From: Actinomycetota bacterium
Lineage (GTDB): Bacteria; Actinomycetota; AC-67
Direction: 5' to 3'
DNA length: 64,000 nt
NCBI GenBank assembly: GCA_041658565.1
Contig: JBAZZY010000001.1
Span: forward strand, 279,405-343,404
Positions 19,389 through 28,200 of the stretch are shown here, in pieces (position 1 is the first letter of the stretch; each line of letters begins with the position of its first letter). A program made the translations under genes and the position numbers. The notes below the pieces were generated by a model. It was not told the DNA's origin. It was given only the letters and a program-made list of their open reading frames with translations, and searched no databases.

Positions 19389-19776
19389 CGGCGGGACGCC
19401 CGGTCCGCACACCGTTTCGGTCCAGCACCACCACGTCCGTTGCGGGAACCATCCCAAGCTTGCGCGCGCGCGCCGCGACCGTTCCGGGAGCGCCGAGGCG
19501 GGCCACTTCCAGATCAAGTGACTGCATCCGAGCCTGCTTGACCGCCAGTTGGCCGCTCAGCCGCGATTCAGTGATCGAGGCCTGCCCAAGCAGCACCTGG
19601 GCGCTGATCAGGGCAAACAACGAGAGACCGGTAGCCGCGAGGGTCAGGACGACGAACCACGAAGGGGGGCGCCGGCCCGGCACCGGGCGGCCACGCACCA
19701 CTTCGAGGTGACGTGGCCGCTCCGGCGCCGGGACCGGTCGCCTGGGGCTAAGTGCGGACCGCGAAGTAGGAGTCAT
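19375..19776 (-). CDS. ftsL: FtsL-like septum formation initiator (bitopic, coiled coil)
   Basis: 133 aa with a Pro/Arg-rich N-terminus, one TM (WFVVLTLAATGLSLFALISAQVLL) and a coiled-coil segment. ATG overlaps the rsmH stop (ATGA). Canonical position between rsmH and ftsI. Confidence 0.6.
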   Translation of the reverse strand: MTPTSRSALSPRRPVPAPERPRHLEVVRGRPVPGRRPPSWFVVLTLAATGLSLFALISAQVLLGQASITESRLSGQLAVKQARMQSLDLEVARLGAPGTVAARARKLGMVPATDVVVLDRNGVRTGRPAGDRR

Positions 19777-20720
19777 GCAGCACTCCCTCCCCCGAACGGT
19801 CCTGTCGATTCGGGCCGCGCAGCAAGACGCTCTGCAGCGCGCAGGCGTCCCGCAGACGCGCGCGGATTCCGCGCAACCTCTTCGTCCTCGGGACGGACCG
19901 GCTTCTTGGTAAGAATCCGCAGGCGGGGCGACTCGGCGCCGGCCTCGGCTCGCAGAGCCCGCTTCACGATGCGGTCCTCCAGCGAGTGGTAGGACAGTGC
20001 GACGAGACGCCCGCCTGGTGCAAGCACGTCGACCGCCTGCGGCAGGGAAGTCTCGATTGCCTCAAGTTCTCGATTGACGGCGATGCGCAACGCTTGGAAG
20101 GTGCGGCGCGCCGGATGCGGCCCTCCCCGGCGCGCCGCTTGGGGGATGGCTGCCAGAATCGCTTCGACGAGTTGGTCGGTAGTCTCAAGTGGAGCGCGCT
20201 GCCGGGCCGCGACGATGAACTTGGCGATCCGAGCCGCCCAGCGGTCCTCTCCGTAAGTCCAAATGATTCGGCTGATCTCGCGCTCGGAGTACTCGTTCAC
20301 GATCGAGCGAGCGGAAACTTGCTGCGTCGTGTCCATTCGCATGTCAAGCGGCGCATCGTGCTGGTAGGAAAAGCCACGCTCCGGCCGATCGAGGTGCATG
20401 GAGGACACGCCGAAGTCGTAGACCACCGCGTCGGTCCTTCCCCACCCGTTCTGCGCCACCAGCTCCCCCAAGTCCTCGAAGTTCCCGTGTACCAGTCGAA
20501 CCCGATCCCCGAACTCCGCTAAGCGCTCTCCCGCCAAGCGGAGCGCCTCTGGGTCCCTATCGATTCCGAGCAACCGGCCAGCGGGCCCCATGGCCCGGAG
20601 GAGGGCTTCCGCATGCCCGCCTGCGCCCAACGTGCAGTCGACACAGACGCGTTCGCCTGGTTCGGGCACCGCATAGGCCACCGCCTGCGCTTGAAGGACC
20701 GGGACATGGAATTCACGCAC
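19773..20720 (-). CDS. rsmH: 16S rRNA (cytosine1402-N4)-methyltransferase
   Basis: ..HVPVLQAQAV..CVDCTLGAGGHAEALL.. SAM-binding motif and ..VYDFGVSSMHLD... GTG start at 20720. Confidence 0.9.
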   Translation of the reverse strand: MREFHVPVLQAQAVAYAVPEPGERVCVDCTLGAGGHAEALLRAMGPAGRLLGIDRDPEALRLAGERLAEFGDRVRLVHGNFEDLGELVAQNGWGRTDAVVYDFGVSSMHLDRPERGFSYQHDAPLDMRMDTTQQVSARSIVNEYSEREISRIIWTYGEDRWAARIAKFIVAARQRAPLETTDQLVEAILAAIPQAARRGGPHPARRTFQALRIAVNRELEAIETSLPQAVDVLAPGGRLVALSYHSLEDRIVKRALRAEAGAESPRLRILTKKPVRPEDEEVARNPRASAGRLRAAERLAARPESTGPFGGGSAA

Positions 20721-20732
20721 GCATCACGCCTT

Positions 20733-20900
20733 TCACCTGGACGCGACCAGCCGGACGACGACGGCACCAAGGCCGAGGTAGATCCCAAGGCTCGAAGCAG
20801 TAAGCGCGAGCAGATAGATGCTGTCTTTGAGCTCGCGAACCGGAGCCCAACTGTCCTCTGCGACCCTGGCCACCGCGCCGATCTGCTGTGCTGCCTGCAT
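20733..20900 (-). CDS. putative small membrane protein (55 aa) between mraZ and rsmH
   Basis: ATG at 20900 lies 14 nt after the mraZ stop and is preceded by GGAG motifs. Third-position GC about 75%. C-terminal hydrophobic segment IYLLALTASSLGIYLGLGAVVV. Stop is 12 nt before the rsmH GTG. Confidence 0.3.
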   Translation of the reverse strand: MQAAQQIGAVARVAEDSWAPVRELKDSIYLLALTASSLGIYLGLGAVVVRLVASR

Positions 20901-20914
20901 CGTCTCCGCTCCTG

Positions 20915-21346
20915 TCAGAAGGGCAGGTCCGGGTGCGCGTCCGCGATCTCGGAGAACTCGCGCTCGGCCGGCGCCATGTGCTGCCGCCACCGCTCGGCGT
21001 CCCAGACCTCGAGTCGGGAACCCACGCCCGAGACCGTCACATCCCGATCAAGACCCGCATACGCCCGCAACTGCTCCGGAATCAGGACCCGCCCCTGCCG
21101 GTCCGGAACTTGTTCGATTGCCCCTGAGAAGATGACTCGCGCGGCATCGCGGGCCTGCTGGCTCGAAAGCGGCAGTTCGCTCAACTTCTTGGCCACCGTC
21201 GCCCACTCGCTCGTCGGGAACACCGAAAGACAACCGTTGCGTCCCTTGGTGATGACACAACCGGCCGCAAGCTCGGCGCGAAACCGAGAAGGCAGGATGA
21301 CCCTGCCTTTTGCGTCAAGCGAGTGCTGGTACTCCCCCAGGAACAC
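20915..21346 (-). CDS. mraZ: division/cell wall cluster transcriptional regulator MraZ
   Basis: Tandem SpoVT/AbrB-like MraZ domains (MFLGEYQHSLDAKGRVILPSRFR ... DRQGRVLIPEQLR). GTG start with GAGGGA RBS. Confidence 0.9.
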   Translation of the reverse strand: MFLGEYQHSLDAKGRVILPSRFRAELAAGCVITKGRNGCLSVFPTSEWATVAKKLSELPLSSQQARDAARVIFSGAIEQVPDRQGRVLIPEQLRAYAGLDRDVTVSGVGSRLEVWDAERWRQHMAPAEREFSEIADAHPDLPF

Positions 21347-21376
21347 TTTTCCCTCTACCTTCCACCACTTGGCGCC

Positions 21377-21406
21377 ACTCTACGCCACCGGCGGGAACGA
21401 TGTCAA
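21377..21406 (-). promoter_or_regulatory. Pmra-like sigma-70 promoter (TTGACA-N18-TAGAGT) for the dcw operon
   Basis: On the minus strand, -35 TTGACA lies at 21406-21401 and -10 TAGAGT at 21382-21377, about 30 nt upstream of the mraZ GTG. Confidence 0.45.
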
Positions 21407-21445
21407 CGCACTTGGAAGAGGGATCTTGGTCACTCTAGATCAAGA

Positions 21446-21480
21446 TTGTTGCTTGTTGTTGCATCTGGGGAGAATGGGGC
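21446..21480. promoter_or_regulatory. direct repeats upstream of Pmra: TTGTTGC x2-3 and TGGGG-N4-TGGGG (MraZ-box-like)
   Basis: Sequence gattGTTGCTTGTTGTTGCatcTGGGGagaaTGGGGc lies 40-75 nt upstream of the -35. MraZ operators in other bacteria are TGGGN direct repeats. Confidence 0.3.
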
Positions 21481-21514
21481 AAAAAAGCACAAGGGAGTCC
21501 CGCCGGATGCGGAG

Positions 21515-22057
21515 TCAGGCGCGCGCGCCGTGAAGCGAGAGTTCGCGCGTGATCGAAGTCAGGTACGGCTCCCATTTCGGGTCGATCCGACCCACCGCGA
21601 CGATGATCCACACCGTTTCTCGCGGTGCCCCCGGCTTGCATCGCAAACGCATCCCCACCTCGTGGGGCAAGCGATTCTCTTTTCGGGCATTGCAGGACCG
21701 GCACGACGCCACCACGTTCTCCCAGGTGTGCGGACCCCCGAGGGATCGAGGGAACACGTGGTCGACGTTCTCCGCCGGTTCACCGCAGTACTGACAGCGG
21801 AAGCCGTCTCGCACGAACACAGCGCGACGCGAAAGGGTGGCGCGTGCCCGATAGGGCACCTTGACGAAGTACTTGAGTCGCACGACCGACGGTATGGGGA
21901 CCGTCATATGCTCGGAGTGAAACGCCCCTCCGTCTTCGTGAACAAGCTCAGCCTTGTGCTTGAGGACGAGCACCAACGCCCGCCTCGCGCTAACGACGCA
22001 CAGAGGCTCGTAGGTTGCGTTGAGAACAAGTGCTCTCCCCAACGGGGTCCTCCCCAC
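21515..22057 (-). CDS. HNH endonuclease family protein
   Basis: ..LNATYEPLCVVSARRALVLVL.. N-terminus typical of small actinobacterial HNH proteins. Cys/His motif ..CQYCGEP..H..NVV.SCRSCNARK. Confidence 0.75.
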   Translation of the reverse strand: MGRTPLGRALVLNATYEPLCVVSARRALVLVLKHKAELVHEDGGAFHSEHMTVPIPSVVRLKYFVKVPYRARATLSRRAVFVRDGFRCQYCGEPAENVDHVFPRSLGGPHTWENVVASCRSCNARKENRLPHEVGMRLRCKPGAPRETVWIIVAVGRIDPKWEPYLTSITRELSLHGARA

Positions 22058-22123
22058 GCTTCCGCATGGTTGTCCCGAGTATAAAGGACCGACCGACGCG
22101 GTGGCGCGCGCGCTACGGAAGGA

Positions 22124-22642
22124 CTACGCCCGGCGACGACGGCGACGCGTGGGTTCCATTTCGTCTCGCAAGTCGTTCTCAGCCATGCGCAGCGCACGAA
22201 TGAACTGGTCCCGGTCGCGCTGGAATTCGCTAACGCTGCCGTTGAGATCCCCGGCGAGACGGTCTATCGCGACGAAGAACGTCATCTGACCATGACGCAG
22301 CGCGTCGAGGATCTCCCCGTCGTCCTTGCATATCTTGAAGATGCTGCGACCGTCGGTCACCAGCTTCACTTCGGACAACTGCGCGTCGAAGTGAGCATGG
22401 TCGCGCAGGAATTCGAAAGCACGGCGAACACGCTGCAGCGACATACCGCCGTCGAGCAGCGACTTCACAACCTTCAGCGCGACCAGGTCGCGGAAGGAAT
22501 ACGCACGTCGAACTCCGGAGCGGCCACCCGTCGAACGAACCGACGGGCTGACGAGCCCGATCTTGTCCCAGTAGCGCAGTTGGTTCCCGGTGATGCCTGT
22601 GAAACGAGCGGTCTGGAAAGAGCTAAAACCATCCTCTGACAT
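22124..22642 (-). CDS. MerR-family transcriptional regulator
   Basis: N-terminal HTH ..FQTARFTGITGNQLRYWDKIGLVSP.. . GAGGA RBS 5 nt before the ATG. Confidence 0.75.
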   Translation of the reverse strand: MSEDGFSSFQTARFTGITGNQLRYWDKIGLVSPSVRSTGGRSGVRRAYSFRDLVALKVVKSLLDGGMSLQRVRRAFEFLRDHAHFDAQLSEVKLVTDGRSIFKICKDDGEILDALRHGQMTFFVAIDRLAGDLNGSVSEFQRDRDQFIRALRMAENDLRDEMEPTRRRRRRA

Positions 22643-22769
22643 AGGTCCTCACGCGTTGGAAGAAGGGTCCGTCCGCCAAGAGGGGAAGGGTCATGTTCTA
22701 CGGCACACAGGTACATCAGTGCAAGACGCGGATGACGGATTTCTCAAGAAAGTATCGCGATTGTGTCGT

Positions 22770-23150
22770 TCAGCGCCCATCGCCGCGCTCGAAGCGCTTG
22801 CGCCAGTGCTCTTCCGCCTTGCCGAACCACTTCAGCGCGTCGGCTCCGCCGCCGCTCAGTCCCCCGATGTCCTTCGACGCACGCGCAAACGCGACGACCG
22901 ACGCAAGCATGACCGCGAAACCCAAGAGACCGAATGCCAGCAGCCAGTCAGCACCGCCGAGACCGGCGAGCAGCCCCACAAGCAACAACAAGAGGCCGAC
23001 GCCGAACCCGTAGGCCGCACGCTTGACGCGCCGCACGGCTACGCCCCGCGGCGTTGCGACCGCGGTAGTTCGTGCGAACTTTGGGTCCTCTGCGACGAGC
23101 CTGCGCTCGATCTCGTCGAGAATCCTTTGTTCGTGATCCGAAAGCGGCAT
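22770..23150 (-). CDS. DUF3040-family membrane protein
   Basis: Motif MPLSDHEQRILDEIERRL followed by a TM region. Start set at the internal ATG with GGAGAG RBS. A DUF3040 gene near the dcw cluster is conserved in actinobacteria. Confidence 0.65.
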   Translation of the reverse strand: MPLSDHEQRILDEIERRLVAEDPKFARTTAVATPRGVAVRRVKRAAYGFGVGLLLLLVGLLAGLGGADWLLAFGLLGFAVMLASVVAFARASKDIGGLSGGGADALKWFGKAEEHWRKRFERGDGR

Positions 23151-23222
23151 CGTCAACGACTCTCCCACCTGCCTCAAGCCTTAATTATAGGTTGGCGTGC
23201 GATGGCCGAACAAGAGACGGAA

Positions 23223-24002
23223 TTAGCGCCCATGGAAATCGGGCGCGCGCTTCTGCACGCGAGCCATGACGGCCTCCGCGAAGTCGGCGGAGAACAGGAT
23301 GGAACGCTGGGCCTGCACCTCACGGTCCAACCCCGTCGACACCGAGACGTCGAACGACTGGTTGGCGAGTCGTTTGATCGCGGCGATGGCCAACGGCGGA
23401 CCCGCCGCGAGGTCGGCGGCCCAATCAATGGCGACGGACAAGTGCTCGCCGGCGAGAGATGCTCGCTCCGCCAGTCCGATGGCCGCAGCCTCGGCCGCCC
23501 CCACGCGTCGCGCGGTCATGGCGAGGTCCTTCGCCCTACCCAGACCGATTAGACGAGGCAAACGAACCGTTCCCCCGAGGTCGGGAATCAAGCCCCATCG
23601 GACCTCCATCACGCTGAACTCCGCATCCGCCCCCGCGACCCGGAAGTCGCACGCAATGGCCAGTTGAAGCCCTGCGCCGAACGCCGGCCCGCCCACGGCA
23701 GCGATGACGGGCTTCGGAATCTCCTCGAAGACCGAGAAGGATCGCTGCAACGCGGCGATGTCGATTGTCCCTGGGTCGGAATTTCCCCCCTGGGTGAATA
23801 TCGTCGTGTCGATTCCACTTGAGAAAGCAGGCCCATTGCCGGTCACAACGACGGCGCGCACGTCCTCGTCGGCGCCCGCCCTTCGTCCGGCGTCCAGGAG
23901 TCCTTCGAACACTTCGGCGTCCATGGCGTTGCGCACCTCGGGACGGTCGATCGTCACGACCGCAACGCGACCGTTTATCTCATATCGAACTTTCCGACTC
24001 AC
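23223..24002 (-). CDS. enoyl-CoA hydratase/isomerase (crotonase-fold) protein
   Basis: ..VAVVTIDRPEVRNAMD.. and ..VVVTGNGPAFSSGID.. crotonase motifs. Its ATG overlaps the dinB stop (ATGA). Confidence 0.8.
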   Translation of the reverse strand: MSRKVRYEINGRVAVVTIDRPEVRNAMDAEVFEGLLDAGRRAGADEDVRAVVVTGNGPAFSSGIDTTIFTQGGNSDPGTIDIAALQRSFSVFEEIPKPVIAAVGGPAFGAGLQLAIACDFRVAGADAEFSVMEVRWGLIPDLGGTVRLPRLIGLGRAKDLAMTARRVGAAEAAAIGLAERASLAGEHLSVAIDWAADLAAGPPLAIAAIKRLANQSFDVSVSTGLDREVQAQRSILFSADFAEAVMARVQKRAPDFHGR

Positions 24003-25219
24003 GTTCTCTCCCCTCCTTGCTCTCCCGGCCCTTGAGGGAACCGACGCGGCCGCGGCTCGGATACGGCTGCGCGTTCAACCGCGTCACGACCGTAGCGACC
24101 ACGAAGTCGATCCATCGCCGCGTCTGCTTCTCGCCACCGGTCCGGACGTTCACCTAATCGGAGCTGCTCGGGTCCGTGACCGGTCACCAGGCCGGTCGCG
24201 GCAACTCCGAGCAGTCGGATTCGGGCACGGTGCAGGCGCATCTCCTCGTACAGCTCACGCGCAGCCTCGTACAACCTCGCCGCCACGTCGGTTGGGGCCG
24301 GAAGCGTACGCGAGCGAGTCACAGTTCGGAAATCCGAGAAGCGAACTTTGATGGTCACCGTTCGCGCCGAGACTCCCGTGGCGCGCAGACGACCGGAGAC
24401 CTTGTCGGCCAGCCGGAGCAGCTCTCTTCGCACGTCCTCGGGTGCGTCCAGATCGCGGCCGAAGGTCTGTTCCGCGGAGACCTGTTTGGACGGTTCATGC
24501 GGCACGACCGGCCGATCGTCCTCGCCACTCGCCATTCGCAACAGGTGCGCCGCGGGAGAATGGCCGAACGCACGCTCGAGCACACCGTCGGGCAGTGCCA
24601 ACAGGTCCGAGACGAAGCGCACACCCAACCGGTCGAGCGCAGCGGCAGTCTGCTCTCCGACACCCCACAACTCGGTGACGGGCAAGGGGTCGAGGAACTC
24701 ACGCACTCGGTCGCAAGGAACGTGGACGATTCCGTCGGGCTTAGCGCGACGGCTTGCAATCTTTGCCAGCAGTTTGTTGGACGCGACCCCGACGGAGCAG
24801 GCTAGGCGACGCTCCTTTCGGACGCGCGCGCGCACGCGCGCTGCGACCTGAACGGGCTCACCGAACAATCTCTGGGATCCTGCGACGTCGAGGAAAGCCT
24901 CGTCCATGGACGCCGACTCGACCAGTGGCGTGAAGGACAGAAAGATCTCATGAATCGCCTTGGACTCCCGGCGATAGAGCGCGAAGTCGGGCGGGACGAT
25001 CACTAAGTCCGGGCACAGACGCCGCGCGCGCATCGCCGGCATCGCCGAACGCACTCCGAAGGCGCGCGCCTCGTACGAGGCGCTGGTGATCACACTGCGA
25101 GGTCCCCCACCACCGACAGCAACCGGCTTGCCCGTGAGCGAGGGGTCTTCCCGAACGGCGGCAGACGCGTAGAAGGCATCCATGTCCACGTGCAAGATCC
25201 GTTCGCTCGGGCGCTCCAT
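23999..25219 (-). CDS. dinB: DNA polymerase IV (Y-family), catalytic residues intact
   Basis: ..ILHVDMDAFYASAAVREDP.. , ..SMDEAFLDV.. , ..LLAKIASRRAKPDG.. match DinB with the catalytic Asp/Asp/Glu retained. Start at ATG 25219, 8 nt after the dnaE2 stop; the track ORF is over-extended to 25396. Confidence 0.8.
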   Translation of the reverse strand: MERPSERILHVDMDAFYASAAVREDPSLTGKPVAVGGGGPRSVITSASYEARAFGVRSAMPAMRARRLCPDLVIVPPDFALYRRESKAIHEIFLSFTPLVESASMDEAFLDVAGSQRLFGEPVQVAARVRARVRKERRLACSVGVASNKLLAKIASRRAKPDGIVHVPCDRVREFLDPLPVTELWGVGEQTAAALDRLGVRFVSDLLALPDGVLERAFGHSPAAHLLRMASGEDDRPVVPHEPSKQVSAEQTFGRDLDAPEDVRRELLRLADKVSGRLRATGVSARTVTIKVRFSDFRTVTRSRTLPAPTDVAARLYEAARELYEEMRLHRARIRLLGVAATGLVTGHGPEQLRLGERPDRWREADAAMDRLRGRYGRDAVERAAVSEPRPRRFPQGPGEQGGERT

Positions 25220-25226
25220 ATCCCCA

Positions 25227-28200
25227 TCATGCTCCCGCGGAGCCTCCGCTGGCATGCCAGAGCTTGCGCGGCGCCGTCGCCGCAGGGGAATCGGCAGGGG
25301 TGCGCGCCGGCATCGGAATCGCGCGCGGGGCAGGCGCGCGCGGCACCGGTTCGGGCCTGCGGCCACGCGCGCGCGCGCTTCTGCGCCGCTCGGCATCGGC
25401 CGCCTCGATCTCGGCTACGCCTTCGGTCCACAGCGCTGCAGCGTCGAGCGATCCGTCACGATGCTCGCGCGCGAGCGCGGCTAAATCCCAGGCGCGCTCG
25501 CAGGTGATCGAGACCCCGCGCGCGCCGGTGCGGCGAACCCGTCCGCGCACCACCAACAGCCACGAGTGAAAGATCGTCCACGCGCACTGCTCCTGGACGC
25601 TTTCGAACACCGCCGTGTCGGTCAGTCCGGTGCCGTCGTCCAGGGTGAGAAAGATGATGCGCTGCCCTGAACGGACCGCCGGGGTCTGGGAAGCCACCTT
25701 GACGCCGGCGATCATCACGCGCTCGTCCTGGCGGCAGTCGAGAAGGTCGCGCGCGGCAGTCACCCCGAGGCTCGCGAGCGTCGGACGGTAGAACGAGATC
25801 ACGTGACGGCTTGAGTCCATGCCGGTCACTTCGAGTTCTGCGCGCACCTTTTCGACGTCGGTGTACGGACGCAACCCCCACGAGGTCACCGGCTCCCGCA
25901 AGACAAACTCCTGCTGCGTCGGTTCGGGTCTCGGCCTACTCCCCTCCCACAGCCCCGCCACGTGCAGCAACAGGTCACGGCGTCCACCGAAGGCGTCGAG
26001 CGCGCCGGCGTGGATTAGCGCCTCCACCACGGGTCGCGACACCGATGTCCGCCGGCAAAAGTCGACCACGCCGGTGAACTCTCGCTCGCTGCGCGCTTGC
26101 AGGATCGACGCGATCTCGGCATCGTTGATTCCTTCGACGTGCATCAGACCTATCCGCACTCCCCACGCACTGCCTGCGCGCTCTACCGTGTATTCGCGTG
26201 CGGACGCACCAACGTCCAGAGGCTGGACCTCGACACCGTGGCGGCGCGCGTCGTCCAGGATCACCCTGCGGGGATACATCCCTGGTTCGTGCGTCAGCAC
26301 TCCGACGGTAAACGCCGCCGGATGATGCGCCTTCAACCACGCCGATTGATAGGTCGGCACCGCGAAAGCTGCCGCGTGCGCCTTGCAGAACCCGAATGCG
26401 GCGAACGAAGACACCTGGTGCCACACAGGCTCGATCTCGCCTTCGCGCCATCCGTTGGCGCGCGCGCGCTCGAAGAACCACTCGCGAAGCGCGGGCAGGC
26501 GGTCCTCGCGCGCCAGTTCGCGCCGGACTTGGTCGGCCTTTCCGAGATCCTCTCCGGTCGCCGCTGCGATCGCGCGCATCACCTGCTCGTGGTACACCAC
26601 GACGCCGAAGGTCTCCGCCAAGCACGCGCGCAAGGAGGGATGCGCGTACACCGGACGCGCCCATCCGTGACGGCGCGCGAGATACGGGCCGATCATGTCG
26701 CTTTGCACCGGGCCGGGACGAAACAGCGAGATCTCGACGATCAAGTCTCTCCAACGTTCCGGCTGCAGTTTTCCGAGCAACTCACGCTGGCCCGGCGACT
26801 CGATCTGAAAACAGCCGACCGTGCGCGAAGAACGAATGAGATCGAACGCTTCGGGATCCTCGCGAGGTATCGCATCGAGGTCGACGTCCTCGTCGCTCGT
26901 TCGTTTCACCTCCGCGACCGCCATGGTCATCGAGGACAACATTCGGATGCCGATCACGTCGAGTTTGAGCAACCCGAGCGCTTCGACATCGTCCTTGTCG
27001 AACTGAGACATCCGAAACCCGTTCGCGGAACGCTCCATTGGAGTGCGCGTCAGCAAATCGTCGGGCGCGATAAGGATTCCCGAGGGATGCAGCGCCAAAT
27101 GCCTAGGAAATCCCGCGAGTCGTTCGACCACGTTGAACAACAACTCCATCTGTCCCGCGCGCAGCGACGATCGCTTCAGTTCGGGAAGGCGTTCGAGCGC
27201 AGCATGGATGCCCGAGGCGGAGATGTGCGGGAAGGACTTCGCGATGAGACCGACCTCGCTCTCGGGCAGGCCAAGCGCTTTGCCGACTTCGCGGATCCCG
27301 CCGCGCGCGCGGTAAGTGTCCACCATCGCAACGCACGCGACTCTTTCGGGCCGGAACGTGCGCAGGATGTCGCGGTAGACCTCCTCGCGGCGCGCGCTCT
27401 CTACGTCAAGGTCGATGTCGGGAAGTTCGTTCGAGCGATAGGGATTCATGAATCGCTCGAACACCAAGTTGTGCTCGATCGGATCCACCTCGCTGATCCC
27501 GGTGAGGTAGCAAATCAGGCTGCCTGCGGCCGACCCGCGACATGCGCTGCGAATCCCCATCTGCTTGATGCGGCGCACGATGTCGGCGACGGTGAGGAAG
27601 TACCCGGCGAAGCCCAGGCGCGCGCACATCCGCAACTCGGCATCCAGCGTCGCGCGCAACCGCGGCGACTCGCGCATTCCGCGGCGCGCGATGCCCTCGA
27701 AACAGTTCCTTGCGAGCAGTTCATTCAGCGAACGCTGCGGCAAGCCGCGCGGCATCGGATACGACGGCACCTGCACGCGACCGAGTTCCAGCGTGAAGTC
27801 GCACTCCTCGGCCACGCGCGCGGCTTCGGCGAGCAAGCCGGGCCGGTCGCCGAACAACGCCGCCATCTCTCGCGGGCTCTTCAACGTCGCTTCGTAGTTG
27901 GAGTTGTCGCGATGATGCTCAGAGAGAGGAACGAGTTTGCGCATCGCGTCGAGCACGTCGCCGAGGAACGCGTCGGCCGGAGTGAGAGCGCGCGCGCCCG
28001 TCGTCGCAACCGCGCGCAATCGCAGATCCTCGGCGAAAGCCGCCGCGCGCGCGGCAATCACATCGTCTCCCGGCTCGAGCCGGTTGCGGACTTCCACCAG
28101 CAACCGCCGGAACCCAAAGATCTCGAGCCAGTCGCGCACGCAGTCGCGCGCACCGTCGACGGAACGGCGCGCGATCAGACGCCCGGCGTCACTCTCGGGC

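Noticed and set aside
8633-19541. Long plus-strand ORFs across the dcw cluster (for example 9593..10915 440 aa, 14923..16290 455 aa, 16154..17686 510 aa, 17445..18851 468 aa)
   Set aside because: Antisense shadow frames of murC/murG/murF/murE/ftsI. They are extremely Arg/Ala/Pro-rich with no motifs, while the minus strand encodes unmistakable conserved enzymes.
22643-22769. MerR operator (long-spacer palindrome) upstream of the MerR gene
   Set aside because: Only a weak TTGCAC-N18-TAGAAC candidate and no convincing dyad symmetry.
23999-25219. Possibility that the Y-family gene next to dnaE2 is ImuB
   Set aside because: ImuB lacks the catalytic acidic residues and has a long C-terminal extension. 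This protein keeps D-M-D and S-M-D-E motifs and is DinB-sized.
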